NCBI GenBank assembly: GCA_951406725.2
Contig: OX597814.1
Span: 224,812,001 to 224,876,000, forward strand
Source of the DNA: Octopus vulgaris
Taxonomy: Eukaryota
Direction of reading: 5' to 3'
Length of the DNA stretch: 64,000 nucleotides
The notes under the pieces are model-generated. The model was not told the DNA's origin. It did no database searches and saw nothing but the letters and a program-made list of their open reading frames with translations. This document shows, piece after piece, positions 29,788 to 43,774 of this stretch (the first letter of the stretch is position 1; every line of letters starts with the position of its first letter). The translations under genes and the position numbers were made by a program.

Positions 29788-31740
29788 GTTCTGTAGATGT
29801 AGAGCAATCTAGGTTTCCACTTCCTTTATTGCTGAAAAGGGTCATGCTTCATCAACGATACATCTCTGTTCAAAGATCTATAAATTACTTCTAACAAATT
29901 GTATTCAATGAAACTTGTCGCTGTTTTTAGTTTCTGACGGTGCATTAGCATTAGAGCGTGTAATAAATATGAATTTATTTCCTAAGTATAAAGCTAAACA
30001 TTTGTTGAACCTGGAAAGTACAAAAAATGTTCATATCGTTTCCAAACATCATTATCTGTATTAATTAAGTGAAATAATTCCAAATGTAAATAAAAGGCGC
30101 CAGTACAGATTCTGATTGATGAGTACTTTCCTTTTATTTATGCAGAATTCATCCTTAGCAGAAGGATCGTTGTGAGGTTATGCCCTTTTCTAAAGAAATT
30201 ATCTACTGGCGTAACATAAAGTAGCATCAATGCAGAGCTGTAGACATTTAGGCCCCTGTTCTTCGACAAAAGAAACCAGTTCTAGATGAAGCATATATAT
30301 TAAAACAATCTTATCGGATTTACATGTTTAGAATATAAATTTTAATAGATTTAAATTGCTATCAACAAGCGATTGATTTCATAAATATAATTCTATTTGC
30401 TAAGAAATAATTCTACGATGGACTGGCGGAACACATACGCCACAGAAACCGGGAATCCGGGCCCATGAGCCTGGCTAGGCTTGAAAAGGGCGACGTTCAT
30501 CATTATCGTTAAGAAATAATTACATATTATAATAACATACATTAAGCGGTCGTATTTGGAGCGTAAGAAACTAGAGTTACAGAATCTAAGAGACAAAATA
30601 AATAATGTAAGAGAATCAGTAATAAATAATGTATTTTACACAATGCCTCAATTTTAGTACAACTTATATGTTGTGTAGTATGTTACGTGGACTAGAGACT
30701 TACTCGTCGGGATTCTCTTTGAACACAAATATCCAACGACTACGTTGATAAATCTTAATCTATATTCTAAAATTTCATGTGACGGAAAACAAACAGGTTT
30801 ACGGTATTAGCTATAATCTAAATTAAACATGATGAAAGAAAGCTATGAACTAAAATATACATTGAACTAAACAGATTCCGCACGCAGTTAGTTCGTGCTA
30901 AGTCGTGCAAAATCGATACTAGACATATACACTAACACAATAAAAGGGTTTTGTGTTGTCTTCATCCTGAGAGAAATAAGATACTATTGAATGCTTAAAC
31001 GCAGAAAGTGTATTGAAAAAGCTTTGGAGTTAATGAAACATGCAATACTACTATTAATAAAAATGTTGCATTGTACTGCAGGATGTAAACTCCTGTCGAA
31101 TCGAGAACGTGATCCTCATTTGAAGCCATTGCTGATTAGTAAACAAAGGAGCCTTAACGTGGAGTGTTTGACCTGTTGGAAATAGCAGTTAAATTTATCT
31201 TAAGTACATCCCAGCGTCTTAAACAAGTTGATAACTAAAACTTGTAGTGAATAACGAAATGTTAGATAAATGATGCCTGAAGAAAAAAAAACAGTCTGGT
31301 CAAAACTGGTTGTGCTTGGTCAAGGCTGACCTCGGGCTAAACAAAGGCATTAACTACTGCAGTCAATTCTATTAGAAAATACATTAACGAAACCAAAATC
31401 TATTTACCACCCACCTCACCATCCTAACATAGAAGCTTTTGGAAAAAATATAAACTTTTGTGACCTCAAAATCTACTTCTTAATAATGATTCCCAGTCAA
31501 TCAAATCTGCAACTCGGTTTCAATTTTTGACTGAGCAATGTTTTGTACTAATAAACCCAGTGTTTTATGCCTGGAGTGTTGAACCTCAAAACATTTCACT
31601 TTGACTCCAATTATCAATAAATGATCTCCGGCCTAATTTAGAAATCGATATTAATCGAATCCCATCGAAGTCAACTTTGTCGTTCACTCTTTCGTGGTGG
31701 ATACAATAAAGTGCCTGTTAAGTACAGGTACACACACACA

Positions 31741-31789
<49 letters not shown>

Positions 31790-31859
31790 AAGCAATAGCC
31801 ATTTTCACAAATTTGAAGCCTGTTCGTATGTCAAAAATCAATATTAATGATCACTATTT

Positions 31860-32480
31860 TTTCTGTTTTGTTTTTCAAGTGAACTTGTCGGAACAAGCTA
31901 TTATCTAAAAGCAAAAAGAACAACATCATCAAAACAAGAACACTAAAAATGCCGAGATGATAAAACTGAAATGAACGTCTGAGAAAGAAATATATAAAAT
32001 GCAGGTAATTTTTTTTTTTATCATTCTCACCTGTAAGATTAATTTTGTTACGAATGCCATTCTCAAGTCGTCGACGTGACATCTTGAGCAATTCTACTGT
32101 CTTTGAAAACGTACAGCAACCAACCAATCGCGGTCAGCACTTGGTGGTATGTTGAAGAAAAGGAACTGTAAACCACTGGTTAACAGGTGTCTTCTGTATA
32201 GAGAGTTATAGGATGTACCTGCTGATACAGTCAACGTATACATGTATGCATGTGTGTGTGTATGCTTGTATCTGTGTGTGTATGTGCGAGCGTGTTTTTA
32301 TAGGCCTGTAAAGAATTAAACGTTCCTGCTCGCCATGTGAATCGAGTAACATTTCTTGGTTGACTGGAAATACTATTGAATGCATCACTTTGCTTTGAGA
32401 ACCAGCTGTGCAGCAACCGGTTGCTTAGTCAGCCAATCGGCTTTAAAGAAAAAAAAAAGACATCAAACGATTGGATACAC
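31860..32480. promoter_or_regulatory. Possible promoter / first-exon region
   Basis: Mostly unique sequence with three CCAAT boxes (about 32123, 32432, 32470), a minus-strand CAG|GTGAGA donor at 32031/32030 and a plus-strand CAG|GTAATT donor at 32004/32005. Confidence 0.3.
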
Positions 32481-32939
32481 ATCCTCTGTGCTGGATTGAT
32501 GCTGGGGAAATTTATAGTCAGAAAAATTATTTAAAATTATTGAAACAATACTATCAATATTTAAATAAGGATTAGTTCTATTTTGATTGCTTAACAACAA
32601 TAGCAACACCAACAACAACAATAATAAAAACAATAATAATAAAAACAACAATAATAATAATAATAAACATCTTTAATTTTTAATGGATGTATAAGTTTTA
32701 TATTTAAATCCTTCTGCTCATGGATATTTATTGTGATTCTGTTGTGATAAAATAAATATCTTCTAATCGAAAGAAAACAAGAAGTTTAAGAAAATCATTA
32801 AAAGGAGAAAAGGTCCTTCCACAGTTTCACCTTCAACACCTTCCGATCGTTATGATCATCCTTACTCTCATCCGCATATCCTCCTCCTCCTCTCCTCATC
32901 ATCATCATCATCATTGAACATTTGGTATTTTCATACAAA

Positions 32940-33291
32940 TTTCTACTGCACCACCTGCTACACCACCGGCTTGCTGGAGTGTGTGCAGTATTGTGTGTTC
33001 TTTCTTGTTGTTGTAGTTGTTGTTGGGGGGGGGTGATGTAAACTCTTCCCGTTATTGTATTGCGTCAGTTTGCTTTGTTATGGGGTCTGGTTGCAATTTT
33101 TTGTTGTATTAATGTTTGTTTTGTGTATACTGTGTCTAATGCAAGTTGTGTTCTTCTGTTGGTTATATGACCTGTTGGTGGTTGTTTATTTCATTGGACA
33201 TTTGCTATAAAGCGTATGTCTTGAGTGTGGATTGTTTTGTTGTGTTTGTGGATTGCATTATTGAATAAATAGTGCCTTGAGTATGATGTAG
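32940..33291 (-). mobile_element. Extreme 3' remnant of an R4/Dong-like element
   Basis: On the minus strand, directly after (TAA)n: AYIILKALFIQ* (compare AHILRKTLSM*), then a UTR-like stretch. Confidence 0.55.
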
Positions 33292-33305
33292 GCTTATTAT
33301 TATTA

Positions 33306-34062
<757 letters not shown>

Positions 34063-34533
34063 GAGTGAGAGAGCAGTTCATGCCATCAAAGTGACACTGG
34101 GGTAAAATATACGAAGCCCAGTATACCCATCATGACTACCCGTCTGATAAGGGTACACCAGGCTCATGCATCACAACCATATGTGCGCGACATGGTGATC
34201 TTATATCAAGATAAACAGCACATGACCTTGCAGGTGGGGCCCAGTTAGAATTTTCTTCAGGTTGAGTAGCCCATCCCGCTCAAACGGTCCCTGAATAAGG
34301 GTTGTTTAAGGATGTTGAAAGAACCACCCATGTTTCCAGAGGTGAACTATTCAAACCCCAAAGAATCCCTCTCAACACATGGCTATGATGCTCCCCCACT
34401 ACTTCTGCTCGTGATCAGAGATACACATATTGTCAGCCACTAAGGGACATGCTCAATTGGTTAAGGTTAAAGAACTGACAAACAAATCTGAGGTATTGAG
34501 CAGAATATTTGCTGTAGCCCATCTTTTATACCA
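34063..34533 (-). mobile_element. Copy of the TAA-tailed non-autonomous element
   Basis: Reverse complement of about 18597-19067; (TTA)n on both sides. Confidence 0.9.
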
Positions 34534-34583
34534 TATTATTATTATTATTATTATTATTATCATTATCATCATCATCATCATCA

Positions 34584-34687
<104 letters not shown>

Positions 34688-34690
34688 ATA

Positions 34691-34731
<41 letters not shown>

Positions 34732-34737
<6 letters not shown>

Positions 34738-34983
34738 TGTTGTTGTTGTTCTTCTTCTTTTGTACGTTGTTGTTACTTGCTTTATACCAGATGTTCCTAG
34801 TCTCACCCAGAGATCTCGTTTCACTATGGGGGTTATTTATAATTAACAATGATATATTGTCCCAGGAGGAGTACAGAATCTGTGAAATTTGTATTATTTC
34901 AGTTTTGAAAGAGCTTTAAGAGAATCAGGTATTCTCAACTTGACAATGTTTTTCTTAGGATTTGGGCAGTTTCCATGAGAACA
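34732..34983 (-). mobile_element. R4/Dong 3' terminal remnant, duplicate of 33404-33653
   Basis: Same truncation point and only a few substitutions. Confidence 0.85.
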
Positions 34984-35016
34984 TCATTATTATTATTATT
35001 ATTATTAAGTGGCCAA

Positions 35017-35197
<181 letters not shown>

Positions 35198-35552
35198 TAT
35201 GTTTGACTTTTGCTTTATATTTGTACAAGTTGGTTCCAAGTCTCACCCAGAGACCTCAAGAGACAACAGGTTGGAAGTTCATGTTGTTGTTATGCCTAGT
35301 GTGCCATATAGTTGGTTATTTTTTTGGTGTTGTACTAGTGAATGTCTAAAAAAAAAAAGAAAAAACCGAAAATTATATTTGTTTTAAACCTTGAGATTAC
35401 ATAGAAAGTATTTTGCGTAGGATATGAGCAGTTCCCATGTGCAGTATCTTTTGAATTTCTGCCATTTTGGGGTTTCCTGGTATCTGAGTTAGGTAGCAAT
35501 CATCCCCTTTTGCTATCATTCCCAGGGCACCTATGACAACAAGTATTGTTTT

Positions 35553-35554
<2 letters not shown>
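35198..35554 (-). mobile_element. R4/Dong 3' fragment
   Basis: TKTILVVIGALGMIAKG..EIQKILHMGTAHILRKILSM*; 3' UTR with GTCTC-TGGGT-GAGAC hairpin; (TTA)n flanks. Confidence 0.88.
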
Positions 35555-35618
<64 letters not shown>

Positions 35619-36141
35619 GAGTGGCCAAATGACATTGGGGTAAAATATACGAAGCCCAGTATACCCATCATGACTATCTGTCTGATAATAATACACCAGG
35701 CACATTCATCACAACCATGTGTGCGGAACATGATGATCTCATAACAAGATAAACAGCGCATGACCTTGTAGGTGGGGGGCCCAGTTAGAATTTTCTTCTG
35801 GTCGAGTAGCCCATCCCACTCAAAAGGTCCCTGAATAAGGGTTGTTTAAAGATGAACGAAACACCCATGTTTCCAGATGTGAATTATTCAAACCCCGAAG
35901 AATTCCTCTCGACACATGGCTATGATGCTCTCCCACTACTTCTGCTCGTGATCAGAGATACACATATTGTCAGCCACTAAGGGACATGCTCAATTGGTTA
36001 AGGTTAAAGAACTGACAAACAAATCTGAGGTATTGAGCAGAATATTTGCTGTAGCCCATGTATTATACCAAGACAAAATATGTACATGATAACACTTCCA
36101 ACCAGGTAAGATCAAAAGCCATGAGTGTAAGTGCCTGGTAC
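35619..36141 (-). mobile_element. Near full-length copy of the TAA-tailed element (variant 3' end TTTGGCCACTC)
   Basis: Homologous to 18527-19067 on the minus strand. Confidence 0.88.
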
Positions 36142-36144
36142 GGT

Positions 36145-37481
36145 CTTAACCAGTTGAGCTTGTCCCTTGGTGGCTGACAATATGTGCATCTCTGACCCTG
36201 AGCAGAAGAAGTGGGGGAGCAACACAGCCGTGTGTTGAGAGGAATTCTTTCGGGTTTGGATAATTCACCTCTAGAAACAAAGGTTTTCGTTCAACATCCT
36301 TCAAAAATCTTTATTGACGGACCTTTTGAGCGGGATGGGCTACTCCAACTGAAGAAAATTCGGATCTATTCCATCTATTTTTAATTAATTTTTAAACCTA
36401 AACAGTTTGAAACTTCGAATACTGGCAGAATTTCTCACGTAGAATACGGTTTACTCTGAAAGTTTTTGCCAAAATTTCGTATTTAAGTTGTTGTATTTGA
36501 AAAAATTTCAACCAATCAACGACATGTATTCGGTTGAAGAAAGTTACTGCTGTTTGCGATAGTAATCGGAGAGGAACAACTTCCGCGTCATTTCTACTAG
36601 ATGTCACCACTCTGTTCTATTCGTACGGCGAGCGAAGACGATGTCACCTTTATCCTTTCTTCCTTTCTAGTCAGCACCGTGCATTCTCTACTCTTTCCCT
36701 CCCTTCTACACAATCAACTAGCAACCAGCGAGCGAACTTGTCACTGCCACTACAATTACCGTATTTTCCGGTGGGTATGCCACTATTTGTTTTGTTTTAC
36801 CTTCATGTTTTGATAATGTTCATTTTTTTTTTATCTAATAAAGACTTTTATATTGACGAAATGTGTTTGTTGTTGATTATAGTAAAATAAAATCATGACA
36901 ATAACAATACATCTCACAGTTGCAAAATAAGACATTTTGAAACTACATATACGTCAACAACAAAAAGCTAGCTGCGGACTCATTGCTCTATGGTGTTGAT
37001 TCTTCCAACAGAGTTGTGACATTTATTAGAGATGACCCGAAGTTGTTCCTCTTCGATTACTATAGCAAACAGCAGTAGCTTTCTTCAACCGAATACACGT
37101 CGTTGATTGATTGAAATTATCCAAATACGACAACTTTAACATGAAATAACTTCTAAAATACGAAATTTTGCTAAAATCGTTCAAAGTAAATCGTGTTCTA
37201 CGTAAGAAATTCTACCAGCATTCGAAAATTCAAATTATTTAGTTAAAAAAATGAATTTAAAACTCTGTGATTGAGATGGAATAGATCCGAAAATTCCAAC
37301 TGGTCCCCACTTGCAAGATCATGTGCTGTTTATCTTGATATGAGATTACCATGTCGCGCACATATGGTTGTGATGCATGTGCCTGGTGTACCCTTATCAA
37401 ATGGGTAGTCATGATGGGTATATTGGGCTTCGTATATTTTACCCCAGTGTCACTTTGATGGCATGCACTGCTCTCTCACTC
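36145..37481 (+). mobile_element. 5'-truncated copy of the TAA-tailed element, split by a MITE
   Basis: Homology breaks at GAAGAAAATT (36360) and resumes at about 37290; ends CTCTCTCACTC plus a degenerate TAA tail. Confidence 0.88.
36361..37289. mobile_element. Non-autonomous DNA transposon (MITE) with ~250-bp imperfect terminal inverted repeats
   Basis: Termini CGGATCTATTCCATCT...AGATGGAATAGATCCG; AAAATT duplicated on both sides relative to the empty site in other host copies. Confidence 0.9.
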
Positions 37482-37499
37482 AATAGTGATGATAATAAT

Positions 37500-37650
37500 G
37501 ATTTCAAATTTTGACACAATGCCAGCAATTTCAGGGAGGGGGTAAGTCGATTTCATAGACCCCAATACTCGACTGGTACTTATTTATCGAAAGTTGACCT
37601 CAGCGGATTGGAACTCAGAACGTAAGGATGGAAGAAATGCTGATTAAGTC
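37500..37650 (-). mobile_element. SINE family B, degenerate
   Basis: ACTGGTACTTATTTATCGA..GACCTCAGCGGATTGGAACTCAGAAC. Confidence 0.7.
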
Positions 37651-37659
37651 TCGATGAGT

Positions 37660-38580
37660 AACTGCATAGCAAAAACATACGGAAAAAGCAAACTTCAACA
37701 TATACAATACTCAAAGAAGCTAAAAACCTAGCATCCAAACTACAAATAGATAACTGAACCAGCTGCTTTGCGAAAAGACAAGCCTATATAACTCCGAAGG
37801 ACCATAAAACCAACTTCATGTATAACCTCCAATGCAGACTAATAAAACTAACGAAGGGAGAATTAGGGATAATAAACAAAAAGGTCCTGATAAAAATGAA
37901 TTCCAAAATAAGGCTACCGAACTCATAGGAGAAACAACGGTACAAATGACATCAGAAATAACAAAGACCTACAGTTTCACATGATCTGCTATTGTTAGTT
38001 TCTGCCCGTTCATCAAAGATTTTTCGTATTAAAATAATTAGATTTCGCCGAGTGGTTCACCGAAATCAGCAACAAACAAATAAACATCAACATGCATGCA
38101 AGGAAGTCGTCCCTATCCCGTGAAAACTCGACCTAGATAAGAAAAAATTAAGCACTGACCAATTTGACGTCACCATAGGGTGCTCTGACGGAGCAGAAAC
38201 AATTGAAATTATAACGTTATGTTTTATCCTGAAACGCACTTGGAGTCGTTGAAAAGTTCCTTGCTGTGGGTAAAACGAAATACAGGAGGATTAGTTAACA
38301 TGATTTTATACATGTTCCTCTCTCTCAGAATACAGGAGGATCAGTTTATTAGGATTTTATGCAACATGTTCCCCTCTCTGAGTCACACACTTATTACAGC
38401 TGTCCTCCAATTTTTCCAAGCCCTGTAAAAGAAACCGGAAATTTGGACTTCCAGCCAGACCTTTCGCGATACCCTTCAAGCCAAGAACTTTTCAGCTGCC
38501 TTCGTATTGGTAAAATATTCATCAAGTATTGCATATGCCTATACAGGGATGATAGCTTAGAAATATCCCAATGGACAAAT
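37660..38580 (+). mobile_element. Penelope-like element (PLE) reverse transcriptase remnant
   Basis: AYITPKDHKTNF..CRLIKLTKGELGII, FDVTIGCSDGAE, CLYRDD motifs typical of PLE RTs; stops and frameshifts. Confidence 0.8.
38238..38504. mobile_element. Mariner-type MITE inserted in the PLE remnant
   Basis: Imperfect TIRs TGAAAAGTTCCTTGCT / AGCCAAGAACTTTTCAGC..CGTA ending at TA. Confidence 0.65.
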
Positions 38581-40064
38581 TCAGAAAAAGGCCTAGAGGA
38601 ATTCGAACTGAGAGTCTCGAGTAGGACAAAAGTGGATAGTTTTAGGTTGTTGACCCATCGATCTACCATTTCTGCTTCACTACCAACATTCTTCATTAAT
38701 AAAACAATATAAGTGAACTGCTGGAAGCCTTTCACCAATAGTTTTATATTTATGAGTTGCTTATCATGACATCCTGCCTGTGCAGCCTATTTATTTTTTA
38801 GTTGTAAAGTTATTCCACCTTGATGATGGTTTTCCGTCAGTTTCGATGATAAATATTGAGTTTGATTAACTGAATTACTTGCTTACCTAATTAGCATGTA
38901 ATTATTGGTAATTAGCTGAATATTCCATAGACATGTTTATCCTTGATGTAAACCTCAAGTAGTACTGATACAGCATCAAGACTGGATATTACCCTGTAAA
39001 AAAAATCGGAAGGTTCGGCTTCCAACCAGGCCTTTCGCGACACCCTTAAAGCCAGGAACTTTTCAGCACCCCGTCATATTGGTAAAATGTTCACCAAGCA
39101 CTGCATATGCCTATACAGGGATGATAGGTTAGCAATATTCCAAAACATGGATAAAATGAAATGGAATGGTTTCTTTACGATTTCTGTCTCTCGGATCTCA
39201 CATAGTCAATCCGGAACGATTGACTGTGAGATCCGACAAAGGACGATTACTCGAATGTCACGCAGAGAAATCAAACTTGTAACTGCATTATTGCCAATCA
39301 CACTCGTTAACCATATGGCCGTGCTGGATCCTTATACAAATTGCTCTTGAAACATTGCTAATACTTCTTTGGATTTGTATTGCTACTTCGTTCCACGAGT
39401 TCTCCGGTATTGGTTAACCAGTTTGTCAGAACTTGAATGAAACTTCTTGACCAGGGTAGGATACGATTCTTTAATACTGGGATGAACTGGATGCTCATAG
39501 GGACCTACGAGACACGTCTGTGCTTAGAAAAATAATATTTGATTTTCCAAATTTATAGGCTTGCACCTGATAACAAATGAATGTTTTAATCTGACAGGTA
39601 TATTTAAGTAAGGGTTTTCGAGAAGCGGGCAGCATGAGATATGGCTCATCATTAGATGGGCCTAATTACTAAAATATTGAAAGTAATTTTTCGTTAGGTG
39701 TGCCATTCAGAAAGTCTTAGGGGCAATAATTTGCCCATGACTGGTTTATACCTTTCTTTTTTTTACGTATGAGTTTTTAGTTATTTCGCCAACGAGCAGT
39801 TTCAAGTTTGAGTGGAAGGAAAAGGTAGTTCAACGCTCTTAATTTATACTCTGTTCTCCGAATCATTGAAAGATTCCCGATGTAGTTGCTCGACATGTTA
39901 AAAATAAGAACTAAAGCTCTCTGAAATCACCTACCGGCCTTTAAAAAGAGACAACATAAAACCACGATATATTGAATAATATACTCTGAAAAGATGGAAC
40001 AGTTATGGTTATATCTAATCAGATTTATTTTGGTTTCGTCTGTATTCAGCACCACCACCACCAC

Positions 40065-40219
40065 CTTCTTCTTCTTCTTCTTCTTCTTCTTCTTCTTCTT
40101 CTTCTTCTTCTTCTTCTTCTTCTTCTTCTTCTTCTTCTTCTTCTTCTTCTTCTTCTTCTTCTTCTTCTTCTTCTTCTTCTTCTTCTTCTTCTTCTTCTTC
40201 TTCTTCTTCTTCTTCTTCT
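40065..40219. repeat. (CTT)n microsatellite
   Basis: Visible. Confidence 0.98.
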
Positions 40220-40333
40220 CAGTAGCTTGTATTAAAATAATGTCGAGCTCAACTGTATCTTTTGTCTATCTATCATCAATAACGATAAAAAAAAAAAAAT
40301 CAGTATGATATTGGATATGGTATTGATGGTAGA

Positions 40334-40365
<32 letters not shown>

Positions 40366-40736
40366 GGGAGAGATAGAGAGAGAGAGAGAAAGAAGGAGGG
40401 AGAGACAAATACATCTCACAACTTCAGCCTTTCATCCTTCTCCTCAATCTACGGAGAACATTATTTTCGTGAGCCAAATAAATCTCCTTTTTTATTTTTA
40501 TTTCATTCAGATCGAAATTATTAAATCTTGCAACTATTTGTTTTGTCAGCATCTTTAAATTTTAGCCAGTGTTGTGGTATTTTGATATTCGTTAATTGGC
40601 AATTAGCTAACGAACTTTAAACTAATTACTTTCTTTATGACAATATGATATACTGTAGTTACTCGCGTGTTTTATAATCTCGAATATAACGCAACACCTG
40701 CTTTTCTAAAAAAAACACACAAAAGAAAAAAGAAAA

Positions 40737-41300
40737 GTTTTACTCTTTTACTGGTTTCAATTATTGGAATGCGGCCATGCTGTGACCTGCCTCAAAATGT
40801 TAAGTCGATCAAATCGGCTCCATTACGTATCTTAAAGATATGGTAATTATCTTATCAGTTTCTCTTTGCCGAACCGCTACGTTATGGCGATGCAAACCAA
40901 GCAACACTGTTTGTCAGGCCGCGAGAGACAAACACACACACGACACGCTTCCGAACAGTTTCCGTTGATCAAATTCACTCACAGGGTATGGACAACCTAG
41001 GGTTTATAGTTGGAGTCACTTGCTTAAGAAGATGTCATGCAGCAAGACTGAACCTGAAACCACCCGGTTTCAAAGCAAACAACACAGCCATGTCTGCAAC
41101 AATGCATTGTATCCTCTAAGGCGACGAGCCGACAGAATCGTTACCGCACCGGCCAAAATGCTTTTACATTCAAGTTCCGCCATGGTTCGCTCTGCCTTTC
41201 ATTCATATGGAGTCAATAAAATAAGTACCGCTAGAGCACTGGGTTCGACTTACCCCCTCCACCGAAATTGCTGACCTTGTGCTAAAATTTGAAACCTATG
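40737..41300. mobile_element. Degenerate SINE A (minus, about 40737-41090) adjacent to degenerate SINE B (plus, about 41118-41300)
   Basis: GCGGCCATGCTG, TTTGCCGAACCGCTA, AAATTCACTCACA blocks; then CAGAATCGTTA..GCCTTTCATTC..AAGTACC. Confidence 0.7.
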
Positions 41301-41834
41301 TATTGTATTCTCTTACCTTTTTGTAACCTCGTGTATAAAGCTACTTCGCCCTCTGTCTCCAATTTTGAAATTGTTGTTTTGCAATAAGTTTCTCGCATTT
41401 TACAAGAGTTAGATTTTACTTGTTTTTTTTGTTATTATTTTATCTGTGGTTATCTCTACGCATGCTTCTAAATCTCTGCTTATATAAAAATATAAAAAGC
41501 CGTCACATGGATTTCTCTACATATTAACAACAATGTATCTCATTAATAAACAGCTGTCTGGTTTCTTTTCCTGTACATCCTGGAGTCATGTAGGATGTAC
41601 AATGCAGCAGATTCGTAGGAACCCACACGAAATTCCGTGAAAATATGTTATCTAACAATTATTTCAATTTTCTACATTTTAGAATTAATTAATGCTGAGT
41701 CCATTTTAATAAGTGAGGATTCCGCTCTCAAGATTTTAGATACTCATGCTGTAAGAAATCTAAGAAAAATCTACTAATTCTTTTTACCCACAAACACAAA
41801 AATTACTAATTCTTTTTTACCCACAAACACAAAC

Positions 41835-41930
<96 letters not shown>

Positions 41931-42138
41931 ACACTCATACGCACACACACGCTTGAACAACATACACCGGGAAGCAATAAGTGAGTCAATGAAGTGAGAC
42001 CTCTATGTAGTCGCTGGACCTGTTAGACAGAGTGCTTAAATCTTCCCCAAATTACAGACTCTTATCTTGAGGAGGAAATATTACATTTGGTAATATAGAC
42101 CGAGATACACAAGTATATGACAAACACACATACACACA

Positions 42139-42196
<58 letters not shown>

Positions 42197-42304
42197 TAGT
42201 GTACTGATGTTAAGATCAGCAAAACGTACTCCATCTGGTGATTGACAAATATTATCGAATAAACACTGTACATATTTTAATACATACATACATACATACA
42301 TACA

Positions 42305-42335
<31 letters not shown>

Positions 42336-42369
42336 GTTACTTACCAAATTTGATCCACCAGAAATATGT

Positions 42370-43524
42370 GTGTATGTATTTTATTGTTCAGTTTATTTCA
42401 AGATTTCTTGCCAATAGAGGACGAGCCGGTTTCTCATCGAATTTAAACATCTCAAATTTAAACAACAGGGTATTTTTGTTTGTTTGTTTGTATGTATGTA
42501 TGTATGCATGTATGTATGGTAGCAGATTTGTATGCTTTGCTATTTGTGTGTATTATCATTCATATAGTTGCATATCTCGACATGCTCATATATATATTTA
42601 AATGATAAACTTCTGGGAAGTTTTACAGACAGTTCCAGTCATGGATTGGATCTATAGTCTTCGAATTAGCTTCATCCTTTCTTGTTTTGAGAAGCCTAAT
42701 TTTTCAAGATTGGTGTTTAGTCAGTGTGTTACAAATCTAAGGGCCTCAATAATTACAGGTATAAACCTGAACATGTAATCTGGATAGAGTGACTGCAGAT
42801 TTCTCAATAATTCAGCGTAGGTATTCTCTTTTTCACTGATGTTCAGCTTTAGTGTTCGCATCCGCTGGGTAGGTAATTTCCACAACTGTACACAGTTTCT
42901 CTTCTCTATACCAAATCATTATATCAGGTATGTTGCGCTTACATTTTATTGAGCTCTTCACTGGGACATTCCGCCAATACGCCTTTCTATTATGAGTGGC
43001 TATGGCTTATACTACACAGTAGGTTCTTATTTCTTTGTCCTCGGAATTATACTTCCGACGGATTTCATTATAGAGTGTCTTAGCTACAACATCATGTCTC
43101 ATCAGTACATAATACCGTGATGACATTTTCGAACAACTGCTTATAATGTGGATGATATCTTCAGTATTTACTCCACAAAGTCTACATCGGTTATCACATT
43201 TTACTGCTTTTCCTGCATCACTATCTATTTTGTGCATTAGGTACTTGGTGGATATTTGCTGTTCCTGGATTGCAAATACATACTCTTCAAAGTAATCTGG
43301 TAGTAATCTGGCTATTGGTCCATGATAAACTGATTTGATGATCGATGTTCCTATCATCCCGGAACTTTCTACAAACATATCCGTGCATAGTCTTCTGCTC
43401 ATATAGGTTCATGCTTTCATCTGATGATACGTTGCGAGAGAGTCGTGCGACTTCTTTGGGCATGTATTCTAGGTTATCAAAGTATGTTGCTCAAGGAGCT
43501 ACCTTTCAAATCTCATGTTGTTTT
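42370..43524 (-). mobile_element. Divergent RLE-type LINE 3' fragment associated with (CATA)n
   Basis: Minus strand: YVFAIQEQQISTKY, CRLCGVNTEDIIHIISSC, RHD, IPDIMIW..VVEITYP, FIPVII; CATA-type repeats at both ends. Confidence 0.82.
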
Positions 43525-43733
43525 GTATGTATGTATGTATGTATGTATGCATGCATATGTGTGTGTGTGCATCTATGTGTGTGTATGTATGTATTTATAT
43601 ATTCATGTATGCAAGTCCGCGTCTGTATATTAAAAATATGAAAATAGACGGCTTAGTTATGGTTGGAACACCTTTGATCAAAGCTCTGGCTTAGGGTTAA
43701 ACAACACAATACTTAATAAACACAGAGACTAAC

Positions 43734-43774
<41 letters not shown>

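Noticed and set aside
41573-41601. 10-bp hairpin TGTACATCCT/AGGATGTACA
   Set aside because: Short enough to arise by chance in 64 kb, with no supporting context.
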